Assembly: GCA_032718475.1 (NCBI GenBank)
Contig: JAUCBJ010001358.1
Coordinates: forward strand, 1 to 48,078
Direction of reading: 5' to 3'
Length of the DNA: 48,078 nt
Source of the DNA: Nemertoderma westbladi
Lineage: Eukaryota; Animalia; Xenacoelomorpha
Of this stretch, positions 36,050-48,078 are shown piece by piece (position 1 is the stretch's first letter; every line of letters starts with the position of its first letter). The translations under genes were made by a program, and so were the position numbers. The notes under the pieces were generated by a model. It did not search any database and was not told the DNA's origin. It worked only from the letters and a program-made list of their open reading frames with translations.

Positions 36050-36352
36050 TATTTGAGCTGAATATTGACTTATGTGTATTTCCTATTTCACTATACTATA
36101 CAACACTACATATACTATAAGAGATTAATGTTAAATACTAGGGATAATGGCTAAACTGGTTACCGCTGCTCGCTATGGAAGGATAGGCCTACAGTATAGT
36201 TATGGATCATCTGCCAGAGATGTTATCCGCATATTTTTCCGCTTCTGCACCAATCCTATTATATTATATAAATATTAATCATTAAATAAGGGAACATTTT
36301 AAAACGAAATGTTTATTAAATTCAGAATGAACAGAGCTTATCTGAACCTAAT

Positions 36353-37469
36353 TTATTGCAAATGTAATTCTTTCACAAAATCAGTTCCAATTTTAGGAAA
36401 AGACTCGCAATCAGGTAAACCAAATGACTTCAAAACCACATCGACATCCATAATTTGTTCCTTTGTAAGTGGCTTCTTAAAATTTTTAAGTTCCTTCCTA
36501 GCTAATACAGAGTTGCTCTGACTGTCGTCCTCAGGAAGTGAACCATCTACACCAGAATTCAGTTCGATTTTACAGAAGTCAGCGATTTGTGGGAGAAACC
36601 ATCCAAAGTTGTTAACCAATTCCTCGTAACTGATTACCATCAACTTGACATTGTAGACCTGTGCCAGCTCCTGTGTGCTCAGGATGTTCGCTACGAACAC
36701 AGAGGCCAGTCGACTTATAATGTGACCGATGAAGAAGTTGGAGTAGAAGTAATCCAACTTCTGCGCTCTAACGCTCATCTTATCCCGGAAATGGTTCATG
36801 ATAAACTCTTTCAAACTCTCGAATTGCATCAGTATAGATATTGTTGCGAAGGGGATACTCTTAAAAAGAATTGGCGGAATTAAACTGTAGAAAATGGACT
36901 GAATAGATTGTATATATTCTATTGGATGACGATAAAGATACAAGGCTCGCGCAGATGGATATATATGAGCCACCTCAGATACCATAGCGATCGCCTGGGC
37001 TGATATCTTAAAAACTATGTCAATTTGACCGCGTTGTTTTGAGCTGGAGATAATGAGACAATCAAGGCATGATTTGAGAAGATCGTGTCTCGAGTAGTAT
37101 GAGCAACCAAAATTATAATTTTCTTTCATAATGGTGAACACAGATGATTCATTCAAGGCTATAGCATTTGATTGATCCTCAAGGACTGTTGTGATTAGTG
37201 TTGATCCGCATCTCCCTGTGTTTGGTATCAATGTGATGTTGAAATGATTTGTGGATGGGGCTTCTCTCTCCATTATTGTCACAAAGTGTCTCAATGGAAT
37301 GGAGATCACTTGGTAGCAGAATTTATATTGGTTCTGATAGAAGAATGGCCCACAACTGTGCAGATGACATTCAACATCACATTTTGCAAACATGGCGTAA
37401 TCTTTATCAATTGACATTAGTGTCACTTTATCATCAAATATGACTCTTGGATGAGTGTAGCAATGGTGT
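36353..37469 (-). CDS. Terminal exon of a sulfotransferase-fold (P-loop) protein
   Basis: Acceptor tttgcag at 37470; 357+ aa open frame with 5'-PSB-like PNTGRCGSTL, 3'-PB-like LYLYRHP...S and ISYEELV; upstream exon not identified. Confidence 0.75.
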
Positions 37470-38508
37470 CTGCAAATAAATTATATATATCATGAAGAAT
37501 TACAATACCAAACTAATCTATATTCACTCACTATCTGTACAATCGGAAAAATAATCGGAAAATATAATCGGAAAAAATTTAATAAATATTATTGACAAAC
37601 TCTCTAGGCCTGATAAGTAATCCTCCTGATACGGTCACTTCCAATGTATGTGTACATACCAATAGAAAATAAACATACAGTCGCTTCCAGTATATTCTTT
37701 CCGTTCAATACCAAAAAAGATAGGTCCACGATAATACCAACAATGGACTGGACAGTCATATAGTAAATGTGATAGGCAGTTGGATGGATAGGTATTCAAT
37801 AATCCAACTAATTCCCAACTGGCATCATTGAGGATTTTCCAAAAAGTGGACAAATTTAACACCGAATATTGAATTTTTCATATACAAAACCACTACGAAA
37901 TTAGAGTCACTTTGAGATGTTTTACGAAAACATTTTTTTATTATCTATTATTCAGCTGGGAAGAGCACACCTTCTAAGTCATAATGCGCGTTATATCTTA
38001 CGGATAATAATTATTTCTAAGTTAGAGACACAAATTAACTTAATTTCATACCATTCTATTAGTTTCAATCTGAAATTAAAATTTCTCGTTTCATATTAAT
38101 TTATGATGGAATCCAATCCAGTATTCCACAAATAGAATGGGTGCATTAAAGATCATTGAACTTCCATCGATATACATACAATACTAAACTTCATATAAAC
38201 ATCTGGAAAACAACATTTATGTGGCCAAATAAAAAATTATTATGTCACAGCGCGCCGTATCATTATTACTATTATTAATGAATAATAATAATAGGGTTAA
38301 CAATAATGAGATTAAAGAGCGATTATATTTACTGACGGTTTCCTAGCAGAAAAATTGTTAGGAACTACTGTTAAAAACATCAATAAAACTACATAAATAC
38401 TACTTAATTAAATTTATCATTGTAATACATACATTCAGTGGTAATTATTTGTGTATAAAGTAACGTTTCAGATTTTCTAATCAAATTAAATAAATTAAAT
38501 GTTCCTAA

Positions 38509-38814
38509 AGAACGTTCACCTATCCAACAGTGCGTGAGCGGTAAAGTAGTCGGGTGGTATTGAAGCGGTAAGCCAGCGGTGCACTACCCGGAGCCCGTTC
38601 ACATCCAACGGTACCGTTGTTGCGGTAAATGATCTGGACTGATCTATCTGTTCAACAGGAAATTACATTAATTGTTTTAACATTGTTTAAATGGGCTGCG
38701 GTAAACCGCGCGTTTCAGCGCACAACTACCTGTTGGGTCGTTCACAGTCAGCGGTGTACCGCTGGCCCTGCGGTACACCGCGCGGTGTACCGTTCCGTTG
38801 GATGTGAACGGGCC
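38509..38814. mobile_element. PIF/Harbinger (Tourist)-like MITE
   Basis: gcccgttcacatccaacgg (38593) inverted at ccgttggatgtgaacgggcc (to 38814) followed by TTA; degenerate outer left end agaacgttcacctatccaac preceded by TAA; internal gcggta/taccgc repeats. Confidence 0.7.
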
Positions 38815-39879
38815 TTATAGTGTGTTTAATAAAAATTGAAATCTCGTGAAAATGGTATCACGTCTTGCAATGTCAAAATTCCCCTGCCTTATCAATCCTG
38901 GCCTCGTCATCTTGAAGAAAACTTTAAATTAACATAAATATTTCTTTTATGGTACATATTTTTACCTATTATTTCTTATTTTCATGTTTTTCAAATATAC
39001 TGCTAATAAACCCGTGAAATATTTTTAAGTACAATATTTTTATAGAGTTACTGTGCTAATATTTTATATTTACTGCGTTGTCTTATCCTCTTGGTGTGTT
39101 CTCTCTTCTCTTTTACGGTCATGACCGTTCACCCCGACAGGGGGTGTTTATTATAATTAAAAAAAATAAAAAATGAAATGGGTCGTGCTAAATATGAATA
39201 CATAAAATGAAATAAATATCCAAAGTAAAGAAATGAGACAGGGGGGAACCTGGACGCAAAACCCGCCTCAATGTTAAATTCTCAATTTAACCAAAACAAT
39301 AAACTAAACACAATAAACAGGTTACAGTTTAATTTTTAAAAGAATCAGCTGTTATTTACGTCGAATTTCCCCTGGAGAGGCTTGAATTTTTATTTCCAGT
39401 ACCCCCCCCCCCCCCCCCCCCCCCTCCCTCCCCCACCAGTACATGCACTCCCCACTCACAGTTCAATGAAAAAAAACAATAGATATCTGCTTGACTGCAA
39501 CGGTAGTGTTCCTCTGTGTGGGATTGACCTGTACAGAGTGTACAATTCTGACATCCCAATGTTGTAATATCCCCAAATAATGTTTATCCATTATTATTAA
39601 CAATGCACATCCCAGCATTTTCTGACAGAATTGAATAAATACACTGTATGCTAATTAATGTGAATAAACCAAACTATTTTGATGCATGCTGGAAATAAAT
39701 ACTAATGCAATGACAAAGTTCATTTAGCCAAACACTCGCCAATTGTCGTCGGCCGGCAATCCTACATTTGTGTTAATAGGCGTGGGAATATTTTTGCCAC
39801 GCCTGATATTTGCGCGGTCACATTTTTTAAGTGATTGGGTGACTTTATATACATAATAATATACATAAATTGGAGGATT

Positions 39880-40177
39880 CTCATTGCTCCCCCCAAGTTT
39901 GAAACTTGCACGAAGCCGCCCCCGCTTTGCAGGACATTTGCTTTCGCCATGAGGACCAGTCTGTGCATAATCTAAATGTTGCTCTTTGGTGAATAAGAAT
40001 TTAAGCATGGCAAATAAACAATAACTTATTAGAGACGCGTCTTAAAGGACTCTGGCCTTGAAGATGCGGATAATCTCGAGAAGGTCATGGGTGATAGGGT
40101 GTTGATAATTTGATAAGTTGATAACTTCGTCGATAATCCAGCATAGCATTCTTAATGCAGCTGCAATGCAGCAGGCC
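39880..40177 (+). mobile_element. Old degenerate 3' fragment of RTE family 2
   Basis: cgctttgcaggacat...ttaaaggactctggccttgaagatgcggat...gcagctgcaatgcagca aligns with 35745-36035. Confidence 0.88.
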
Positions 40178-43100
40178 GTATATATATATAGATAGACTAT
40201 AAATATAAATTATTCTTACCGCAATATGAAGTGATTAAACGTTGCAGGTTCCAGGGCTGATAATTGTAATCGACCCAAAATATCGGCCACGTGCGCGCAA
40301 TGCTCATATCCGTTCCCCTTGGAGCCCGCATGTTGGCGTCTTGGTCCCAGACACAATGAATAGTTAAACAAAATACACAACAAATTGTCGATGAGATAAT
40401 AAATGAATTGAATGATCACAAATAACGAATAACGAGTGTAGTGTAAATATTTCATGATGAAGATGAGTTACCTGAAGATTTTCAACAACATAAATGTACT
40501 GGTTGATAACATTTATAAAATATGTTACATTAAACAAATATGTGATTATACCAATTGCAGAAAGCCTACACAATACAAAGACAATAAAACCTACAACATA
40601 ATATTTAATGTAATTTATTTGATCGTTTGATCGTCAATCCCCCGCATGGGGGCTATGGGAGTTTTCGTTTCGGCACGAATGCATTGAATGGGCTAGCCCC
40701 TTAAATGGTAGCTTAATGAGTACTGGAGTTTCCTCTGGGGAGTATAGTTCAGGGGGGACCGCACTGGAAATCAGTCGACAGAATTTGTGCGTAATCCCTT
40801 GAATAACGGCCGAAGAAAATTTACTTTTACTTTATTTACTTGTGTTTATTGACTGCGAGCCCTGCACCTGGTGGCTAAGAGAGGACAGCGGTCCAATAGT
40901 ATATACAACTTAATTTTAATTTATTTTATTGTGCCATTTCATTTCACTGGTGCCGTTTTATTTATAAACATACTACTTGTATTATTTACTTAAATTTGTA
41001 TAGTTTGACTTCGTTAAATTAAAGAATCAAAGATCAAATTACTATTCGTTATAGTAATATAAAATTAATAGTAATTTAGTTTCCAGTTTGTATTTATTAC
41101 AATTATACTACACTTTATCGGCCATTTCTATTATCTATGGCAGCTGTTGCTATCTGAATAGAACAATGTTATTTGAATAAAAACAACAGGTAAGCAGTAT
41201 TGGCGGTGTGTGACACAATAAGACATGTACAATATTTATCAGTGCTATCTGTTTCACATAAATTGATACTGCGAGAAATTATATTATCAAAAATTCTATA
41301 CTTATTATATAACAATTAATTACATAGAAAGAACCACACTCCATTAATAAAACACGAATTGTTTCTAATGAGTAGCGAATTGTTAAATTAAATGGTTTTA
41401 CTTTCAATGGTTTTTTTTTCTCGCTTACTCTGTCACATCTTTAATCGATATTATGTCATGAAACAAACAAACTCCCCAGCGCGAACTAATTCTACACATC
41501 GATTGCGATAAGGTAAAGCTGCAAATATACACTAAAGAATAAGCTAGTTTCCCTGGAAACTATTAATTGTAAGAGAAAAGTACGACCAATTGCAAACAAG
41601 GAAATAGTAACGAGTATTCGAGAAATAATAATTAATGCTTCTTAAGAGCTTCAGGTAGGAATAATGAGGAATTGTATCCTGAACCGGATACCTGTTGTTT
41701 ACCCCTTTTCCCTTGTGAACGTAAATAATACTCATTAGGCCTTAGGTATGCCAATTAGTGTGTGATAAAAGGAATAAAGGTTAAAGACTTACAGGTCACC
41801 ATCTAAACGTTTATCTAAACGTATTCACTGTCCTATCTCCGCAGATACAATACATACCTTTGTATTTATACTTATATATTATATATATTGTTAGCTTAGT
41901 AACTGTTACACTTTTATCTTTAGGTTTATAAATATATTAGTAAGTAACTGATTAACTTTTTCAAATTACTATGCTTGCTGTTACATATTTCTGACAACAA
42001 ATAAATATGTTACTCAATTAACGTTTGCTATTACTTCTCTCACAGAAAACTAATACGTTAGTCGTGAAAAGATTTTGATCCAGTCAGGAACAAACATAAA
42101 AGAGTTCTGACTACGACAGACGATCCTGTAGCTGGAATGTCTCCCTCAACACCGTGAACTCGTATTAACTCGTAGTCTAGTTCGCCCGGGAACTTGCGGG
42201 GTCGACCATCCTAGACTACTGCAAGTCAGTTGTAATTGTACGGCACAAGTTAGGAATCACCCCCCTGTATGCTCTTCCTACAATAATGTGGTTGATAAAC
42301 AACTACAATCTGTTTACTTTCGCAATTCCATACCTCTATTTATTAATAATTAATAATATAACATCATTATTTTGCAGAATAATACTGTAATGTTTCAAAT
42401 TTCGAATATAATTATTGTGTAAGGAGGGCTACAGCAGTCCGACTCCAATCAGAATATTATACTTTACAAGAACACTGAACTCTTTTCTAATGAACCTTTT
42501 AAGCGATTTTATTGTAATTTTGAATAGTGGTAATCATGGTGATTATTAGTTTCAAATATATTATTGTAAATTATTATAGAAATAATTAAATAATTATACA
42601 TATTAGTAGGTCTATTCCATAACGTTTAACACAGTTAATAACACATAAAGCCAACACAAATCTCTTTAGTTTCTAACAACATGTGCTCATACATAAAGTT
42701 GTAATTAAATTGCTTTATAAATTATTCCATAATGGACACATTATAGCAGCGAAAATTTACAGTAAATTTTTGGGTTTAATTTTAAATTCCGATAAGATAC
42801 TGAGTGACAAGCCAGTATATATATTTTTTTATTTTTCACTAATTCACATAGAATTTCATTGAACTAATGTTACCATCATATTCTAACATTTGCTAAGTAA
42901 AAAATGCAATAATAATAAAAATTATTTGTAAAGCCAATGTACAAAATATATACTTATACAGGTCTACTAATTTATTATTACTAGCCAAGAAGTCCTACAA
43001 ATTCTTTGTACTGATTAGATCACTGATAATTTCCTGTATTTTAAATAAGATATATTTACCGGTATTATGAATGCTGGTAATATAATCTTATAGCTATTGG

Positions 43101-43490
43101 ACCTGCGAAAGGTTGAGTTACCACAACCCAAGCAACAATAGTTTAGTGTATATGGCCAGTTATTATTTGGCTATGCCGTTAAAAGGCGGTGTCTTTCAAA
43201 TAATATTGCATGCATTTCTTGGCAAATATTACTATTTAACATGTAAACCACATGTCCGTAAATCCTTAAAATCTAAGGAAGAATTATAGCCTTCTACTCA
43301 AAAACCAAAGATATTCGCCGGTATTATAACTGGGATTACTTTCAATATTGTAATAACTGTTACAAAGCTGGTCTGCAACAAAATCATTCTGTAGCAGGCT
43401 ATTAAAAGTAAGCAGTTCTGGAGCCTGTGATGCTCAATGGCAATCCTATGCTCTTACTTATGAGGCACCAAATTACTACGTTACACTTAC

Positions 43491-43684
43491 TTTTTCTTTA
43501 CATACATACTGTAAGTACTGCACTTCGAATACACCCCTAGGAGACATCGCTTCCGGCCCGGAGCACAACAACTCCACAGATCGCGATCTGTCATTCAATT
43601 CAGCTACAATATCAAGACCAATGTCGTAGTACCAGCAGGGAGGTACTGGGTTTCTCAAATTCTCGGTTGTAGTAAAGAACGTTA
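43491..43684 (-). CDS. Possible isolated coding exon, product unknown
   Basis: ttttacgcag acceptor, stop-free frame TFFTTTENLRNPVPPCWYY...QYVCKEK, gtaagt donor; locally higher GC; no recognisable motif. Confidence 0.35.
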
Positions 43685-44616
43685 CTGCGTAAAATATATA
43701 CCAACCTATAAGGTGACAATAAGCTGTATACAGACCTATACTGATCTATACCGTAATTATTTGACTAGTCATCTGAAGTCAACAAACCTGCCTGCGACAA
43801 TCACAAAGTTTTTATAAAATTAACGGGTTAAAACGTTAAAAGTACAATACTGTCAGCGTCCAACCGAGTCTAGATGCAACAACGTGTAGAAGCTAATAGG
43901 AAAACTAGTTCACTCTTAAAACTTCCCTAAGCGGCATTTGAAAATAATTTACTAAGCAACAAATCAGCATATTTTTAAGCTGAAAAAAAACGCTTTAATA
44001 TTTTGGTCAATAAAACACCACGATCGATCAATGCAAATAAATTGTTACCGGAAATACAAATGAAAAGTAGGCTATTTATTATTTTCCAAAATAATAAATG
44101 AAACGAATAAATCTTGTAATAACGGACAATTAAAATATATACGTACTGCTACACATTGTGCAAAAACAGCTACTGATCCATTAGCTACAACTCCGTGCAA
44201 CAAATTGTTTGTCCTGAATCGATATCTCACTGCAATGCGAATAACGCATGAATGAGTTACACGCAACAGGGGACCATGTAGAGAGATCGACTGAAAAGTT
44301 AGGGTTGTTAGAAGTGTACCAGTACAACACAGCAGTATACATACAAGTAGAATGCTGTGTAGGTTGTTAATTTATCATACGTAGCTACTCATAGAACTGG
44401 TGAGCGCCGGTATTAGATAATTTGTAATAATGTAATAACAACTAACAACAAAATAATGCGACTTAGTATATTTTGCAAAAAATTCGTAAAACGTAAATTT
44501 TTATATGGACTAGTTAGCATATAAAATGAATTAAATAATTTGGATATATGCAACTTAAGACTGCCCGTTCAATATAAGTGGATTGGGTGGGAGAGCAAGT
44601 GTCAGGGGAAAGTGGC

Positions 44617-44678
44617 TGAACTGGTTAGCGCTACTGATGAGGTCTGAGAGGCCAAAACGTACGTATAGCGCTGGTTCA
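44617..44678 (+). ncRNA. Type I hammerhead ribozyme (Penelope/retrozyme style) with mutated core
   Basis: ugaac-uggu-uagcgcua CUGAUGA gguc ugaga ggcc AAAA c guac GUA uagcgcug guuca; GAAA is AAAA; palindromic mini stem III. Confidence 0.8.
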
Positions 44679-45283
44679 ACCCCCTGTGACATGCTTTCTC
44701 ATTTTTTCCATTTATGAACAAAACCATTACATTATAAAATAAATTGTGTAACACACCATAATGTACGGCTCTAAAAGTTTATAAATTATTTAATGCTCAA
44801 TATTTTATCCATTAAATAACGACTTGAACTACATCAGCACTTTATATTCTTGGTGTATAAAGTTTCTTTTAATTTTTGTATTCCCTTATGAATTGAACTT
44901 TTAATTCATTTATGAATACATACATATTCGGCCTACATCAAGACCGGCCACCTCGACATTCCCTCCATAGTTTGCGATCAACTTTGTATGAATAATTAAT
45001 ATGGGTACGAATATGAATGAATGAAGGAATTATAATGATATTAATTTTTTTCCAATTCATTGCTTATTCGATCACAATGTCTCAGCGTAATGCAATGTTA
45101 CACGGCATATCGGACGCTATACGCGCAAATAATAATAATAATGCAACCTCATTATTTAATTTATCCATCTAAAATATGGCAATGCGAGTGCAGCATCTAA
45201 TATAACTGGGCCTTTGTGACGCAGATCTCTTGTGAGCCACTAGGGAATGTACAGTTCATACCAGGGCTGCCATCAAAATAACC

Positions 45284-45437
45284 ACTTTAAGGTAAACACT
45301 ATAGACTTACAAACTTTAACTACAAAAAAAAAAAAAAAAGGTGATACCTGGGAGGTATTTTGGGCTTAATGTCCTGATTGTATATTTTTTTTTTTTTGTA
45401 GTTAAAGGTTGTAAGTCTCTAGAGTTTACCTTAAAGT
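45284..45437. mobile_element. MITE-like inverted repeat (about 40-bp arms plus poly-A/poly-T)
   Basis: actttaaggtaaacactatagacttacaaactttaactac(A)n ... (T)n gtagttaaaggttgtaagtctctagagtttaccttaaagt. Confidence 0.7.
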
Positions 45438-45649
45438 TGATATATACATCCAACCCCCTGTTAGTCAGTATGTCGGTACATTCAATTATCAAAATAACCG
45501 TAAGTAAGTAGTTAGAGTGGTACCGTGCTGTTAACCAACCGTGAGGGAAAGGTTACAGAGTCAGTTTTTTCTAACCAAAACAATAAAGTAATCGTTACCG
45601 ATTTGATGGAATGGATTAATAATTAAATGATATACATTGTGGAGTACAG

Positions 45650-47358
45650 GAATGGGGCAGGGGGAACAGCGCTGGGGGATGGGGAACAGCGCTGGGGGAG
45701 GGGGAACAGCGCTGGGCGATGGGCAACAGCCCTGGGAGAGGGGGAACAGCGCTGGGGGAGGGGGAACAGCGCTAGGGGAGGGGAAACAGCGCTGGGGGGG
45801 GAACAGCGCTGGGAGAGGGGGAACAGCGCTGGGGGAGGGGGAACAGCGCTGGGGGAGGGGGGAACAGCGCTGGGGGAGGGGGAACAGCGCTGGGGGAGGG
45901 GGAACAGCGCTGGGGAGGGGGAACAGCGCTAGGGGAGGGGAAACAGCGCTGGGGGAGGGGGAACAGCGCTGGGGGAGGGGGAACAGCGCTGGGGGAGGGG
46001 GAACAGCGCTGGGGGAGGGGGAACAGCGCTAGGGGAGGGGAAACAGCGCTGGGGGAGGGGGAACAGCGCTGGGGGAGGGGGAACAGCGCTGGGGGAGGTG
46101 GAACAGCGCTGGGGGGAGGGGGGAACAGCGCTGGGGGAATGGGGAACAGCGCTGGGGGAGGGGGAACAGCGCTGGGGGAGGGGGCAAACAGCCCTGGGAG
46201 AGGGGGAACAGCGCTGGGGGGGAACAGCGCTGGGGGAGGAGGAACAGCGCTAGGGGAGGGGAAACAGCGCTGGGGGGGAACAGCGCTGGGGGAGGGGGAA
46301 CAGCGCTGGGGGAGGGGGAACAGCGCTGGGGGAGGGGGAACAGCGCTGGGGGGGGGGAACAGCGCTGGGGGAGGGGCAACAGCGCTGGGGGAGGGGGAAC
46401 AGCGCTAGGGGAGGGGAAACAGCGCTGGGGGAGGGGGAACAGCGCTGGGGGAGGGGGAACAGCGCTGGGGGAGGGGGAACAGCGCTGGGGGAGGGGGAAC
46501 AGCGCTGGGGGAGGGGTAACATCGCTGGGGGAGGGGGAACAGCGCTGGGGGGGGGGGGAACGGCGCTGGGGAGGGGGAACAGCGCTGGGGGAGGGGGAAC
46601 AGCGCTGGGGGAGGGGTAACATCGCTGGGGGAGGGGGAACAGCGCTGGGGGGGGGGAACGGCGCTGGGGGAGGGGGAACAGCGCTGGGGGAGGGGAACAG
46701 CGCTGGTGGAGGGGGAAATGCGCTAGGGGAGGGGAAACAGCGCTGGGGGAGGGGGAACAGCGCTGGGGGAGGGGGAACAGCGCTGGGGGAGGGGGAACAG
46801 CGCTGGGGGAGGGGGAACAGCGCTGGGGGAGGGGTAACATCGCTGGGGGAGGGGGAACAGCGCTGGGGGGGGGGGGAACGGCGCTGGGGGAGGGGGAACA
46901 GCGCTGGGGGAGGGGGAACATCGCTGGGGGAGGGGGAACAGCGCTGGGGGGGGGGAACGGCGCTGGGGGAGGGGGAACAGCGCTGGTGGAGGGGGAACAG
47001 CGCTGGGGTGGGAACGGCGCTGGGTGAGGGGGAACAGCGCTGGGGGGGCAGGAATAGGGGAGGGGGAACAGCGCTGGGGGAGGGGAACAGCGCTGGGGCA
47101 GGGGGAACAGCGCTGGGGGAGGGGGAACAGCGCTGCGGGAGGGGAACAGCGCTGGGGCAGGGGGAACCGCGCTGGGGGAGGGGGAACAGCGCTGGGGAGG
47201 GGAACAGGAATGGGGCAGGGGGAACAGCGCTGGGGGAGGGGGAACAGAAATGGGGGAGGGGGAACAGGGATGGGGGAGGGGGAACAGGAAAATGGCAGGG
47301 GGAACAGCGCTGGGGGAGGGGGAACAGGGATGGAGGAGGGGGGACAGGAAAAGGGCAG
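45650..47358. repeat. G-rich 20-bp minisatellite (gggggaacagcgctggggga)n, about 1.7 kb
   Basis: Roughly 80 copies with variable G-run lengths; explains all Pro-/Gly-rich ORFs here. Confidence 0.97.
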
Positions 47359-48078
47359 GATCTTTAAGGCCAGTGTCCTTTAAGATGCGTCTCAAGAAAG
47401 TCATAGGCTGTCCACCATGCTTATTCACTCCATGAGGCTGCCAAAGTACAAGATTATGCACTGGCTGGTCCTCACGGCGAAAGCAATGTCCTGCAAAGCG
47501 GGGGCGATTTTGTTCTAGTGCCAAGCTTGGGGGAACCAATGAGACACCTCCAATGTTATATAGTGTCTCGTTGGAGATGTGTGCATTGTACTTGACACAA
47601 TGAACCCGGCGTAGCATTCTTGTGAATGTGCCATCCAGAGATTTGGTGTCCTCAGCAGTTAGAGCCCAGCATGGACTCCCGTAGAGGAGTACTGGAACTA
47701 CTGCTGCTCTAAATAATCGGACCTTAAGTTTCCGATTAATTCTCGGTGACTTCCAAATCCTGGAAAGCCTATTCAAGGCAAAGCTTTCCCTTACGTATCC
47801 GAAGGTCCTCACCTGACTTCCGGATCCATGATCCCAGGTAACAGAAGTCGTCCACATGCTCAAGCATACCATCCTTTGAGCTTATGCTCATCCGATCAGA
47901 GACTTGCTGAGGACTTTCAAAGTTAACTGTCCGAATTTTGGTCTTTCTGGAGTTAGTAAAAAGACCAACACTAGAAGCAGCATGTTCTAATGAGCTGAGG
48001 AGCCGTTGGGCTCCCTCTAATGATTCTGAGAGTACTCCTAAGTCATCAGCAAAGTCTAGATCAGTTAGGTACTTGGCA
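47359..48078 (-). mobile_element. RTE family 2 copy (continues beyond window), 3' end replaced by the G-rich satellite
   Basis: Reverse complement of about 35205-35925 with high identity. Confidence 0.95.

Noticed and set aside
37635-37862. Candidate upstream exon of the sulfotransferase-like gene
   Set aside because: No frame with a convincing phase-2 donor matching the acceptor at 37470.
40770-40810. Sm-site-like AATTTGTG suggesting an snRNA
   Set aside because: No U1/U2/U4/U5/U11 sequence similarity in the flanks.
45627-47872. Pro-rich and Gly-rich ORFs including the 540-aa RT fusion
   Set aside because: Satellite lacks stops; frames shift with G-run length; no evidence of a real protein.

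Overview
AT-rich, intron-containing, transposon-dense animal (probably aquatic invertebrate) genomic DNA; no prokaryotic features, rRNA, tRNA or CRISPR. Host genes: the last exons of a DEG/ENaC (ASIC-like) channel (+, 10519-11008, probable upstream exon 1-134); a complete three-exon gene (+, 27596-31976, about 826 aa) for signal peptide + YWTD beta-propeller + 23x16-aa Ser/Thr/Pro stalk + Ly6/uPAR-like domain + GPI-type tail; a sulfotransferase-fold terminal exon (-, 36353-37469); a degenerate G2E3-like HECT ligase gene. Mobile DNA: two RTE-clade LINE families with (TAG)n tails, RTEX-like LINE relics, Penelope-like GIY-YIG fragments, several MITE-like inverted repeats, and a young GalEa-type Ty1/copia element (164-bp LTRs, 5-bp TSD, tRNA-iMet PBS) inserted in a LINE. 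The most notable signal not shown by the ORF track is a 468-bp tandem/inverted repeat carrying three complete type III hammerhead ribozymes with complementary loops (a retrozyme-like array, probably inside the channel gene intron), plus a separate type I hammerhead with a core mutation at about 44.6 kb. All calls are by eye from motifs; no searches were run.
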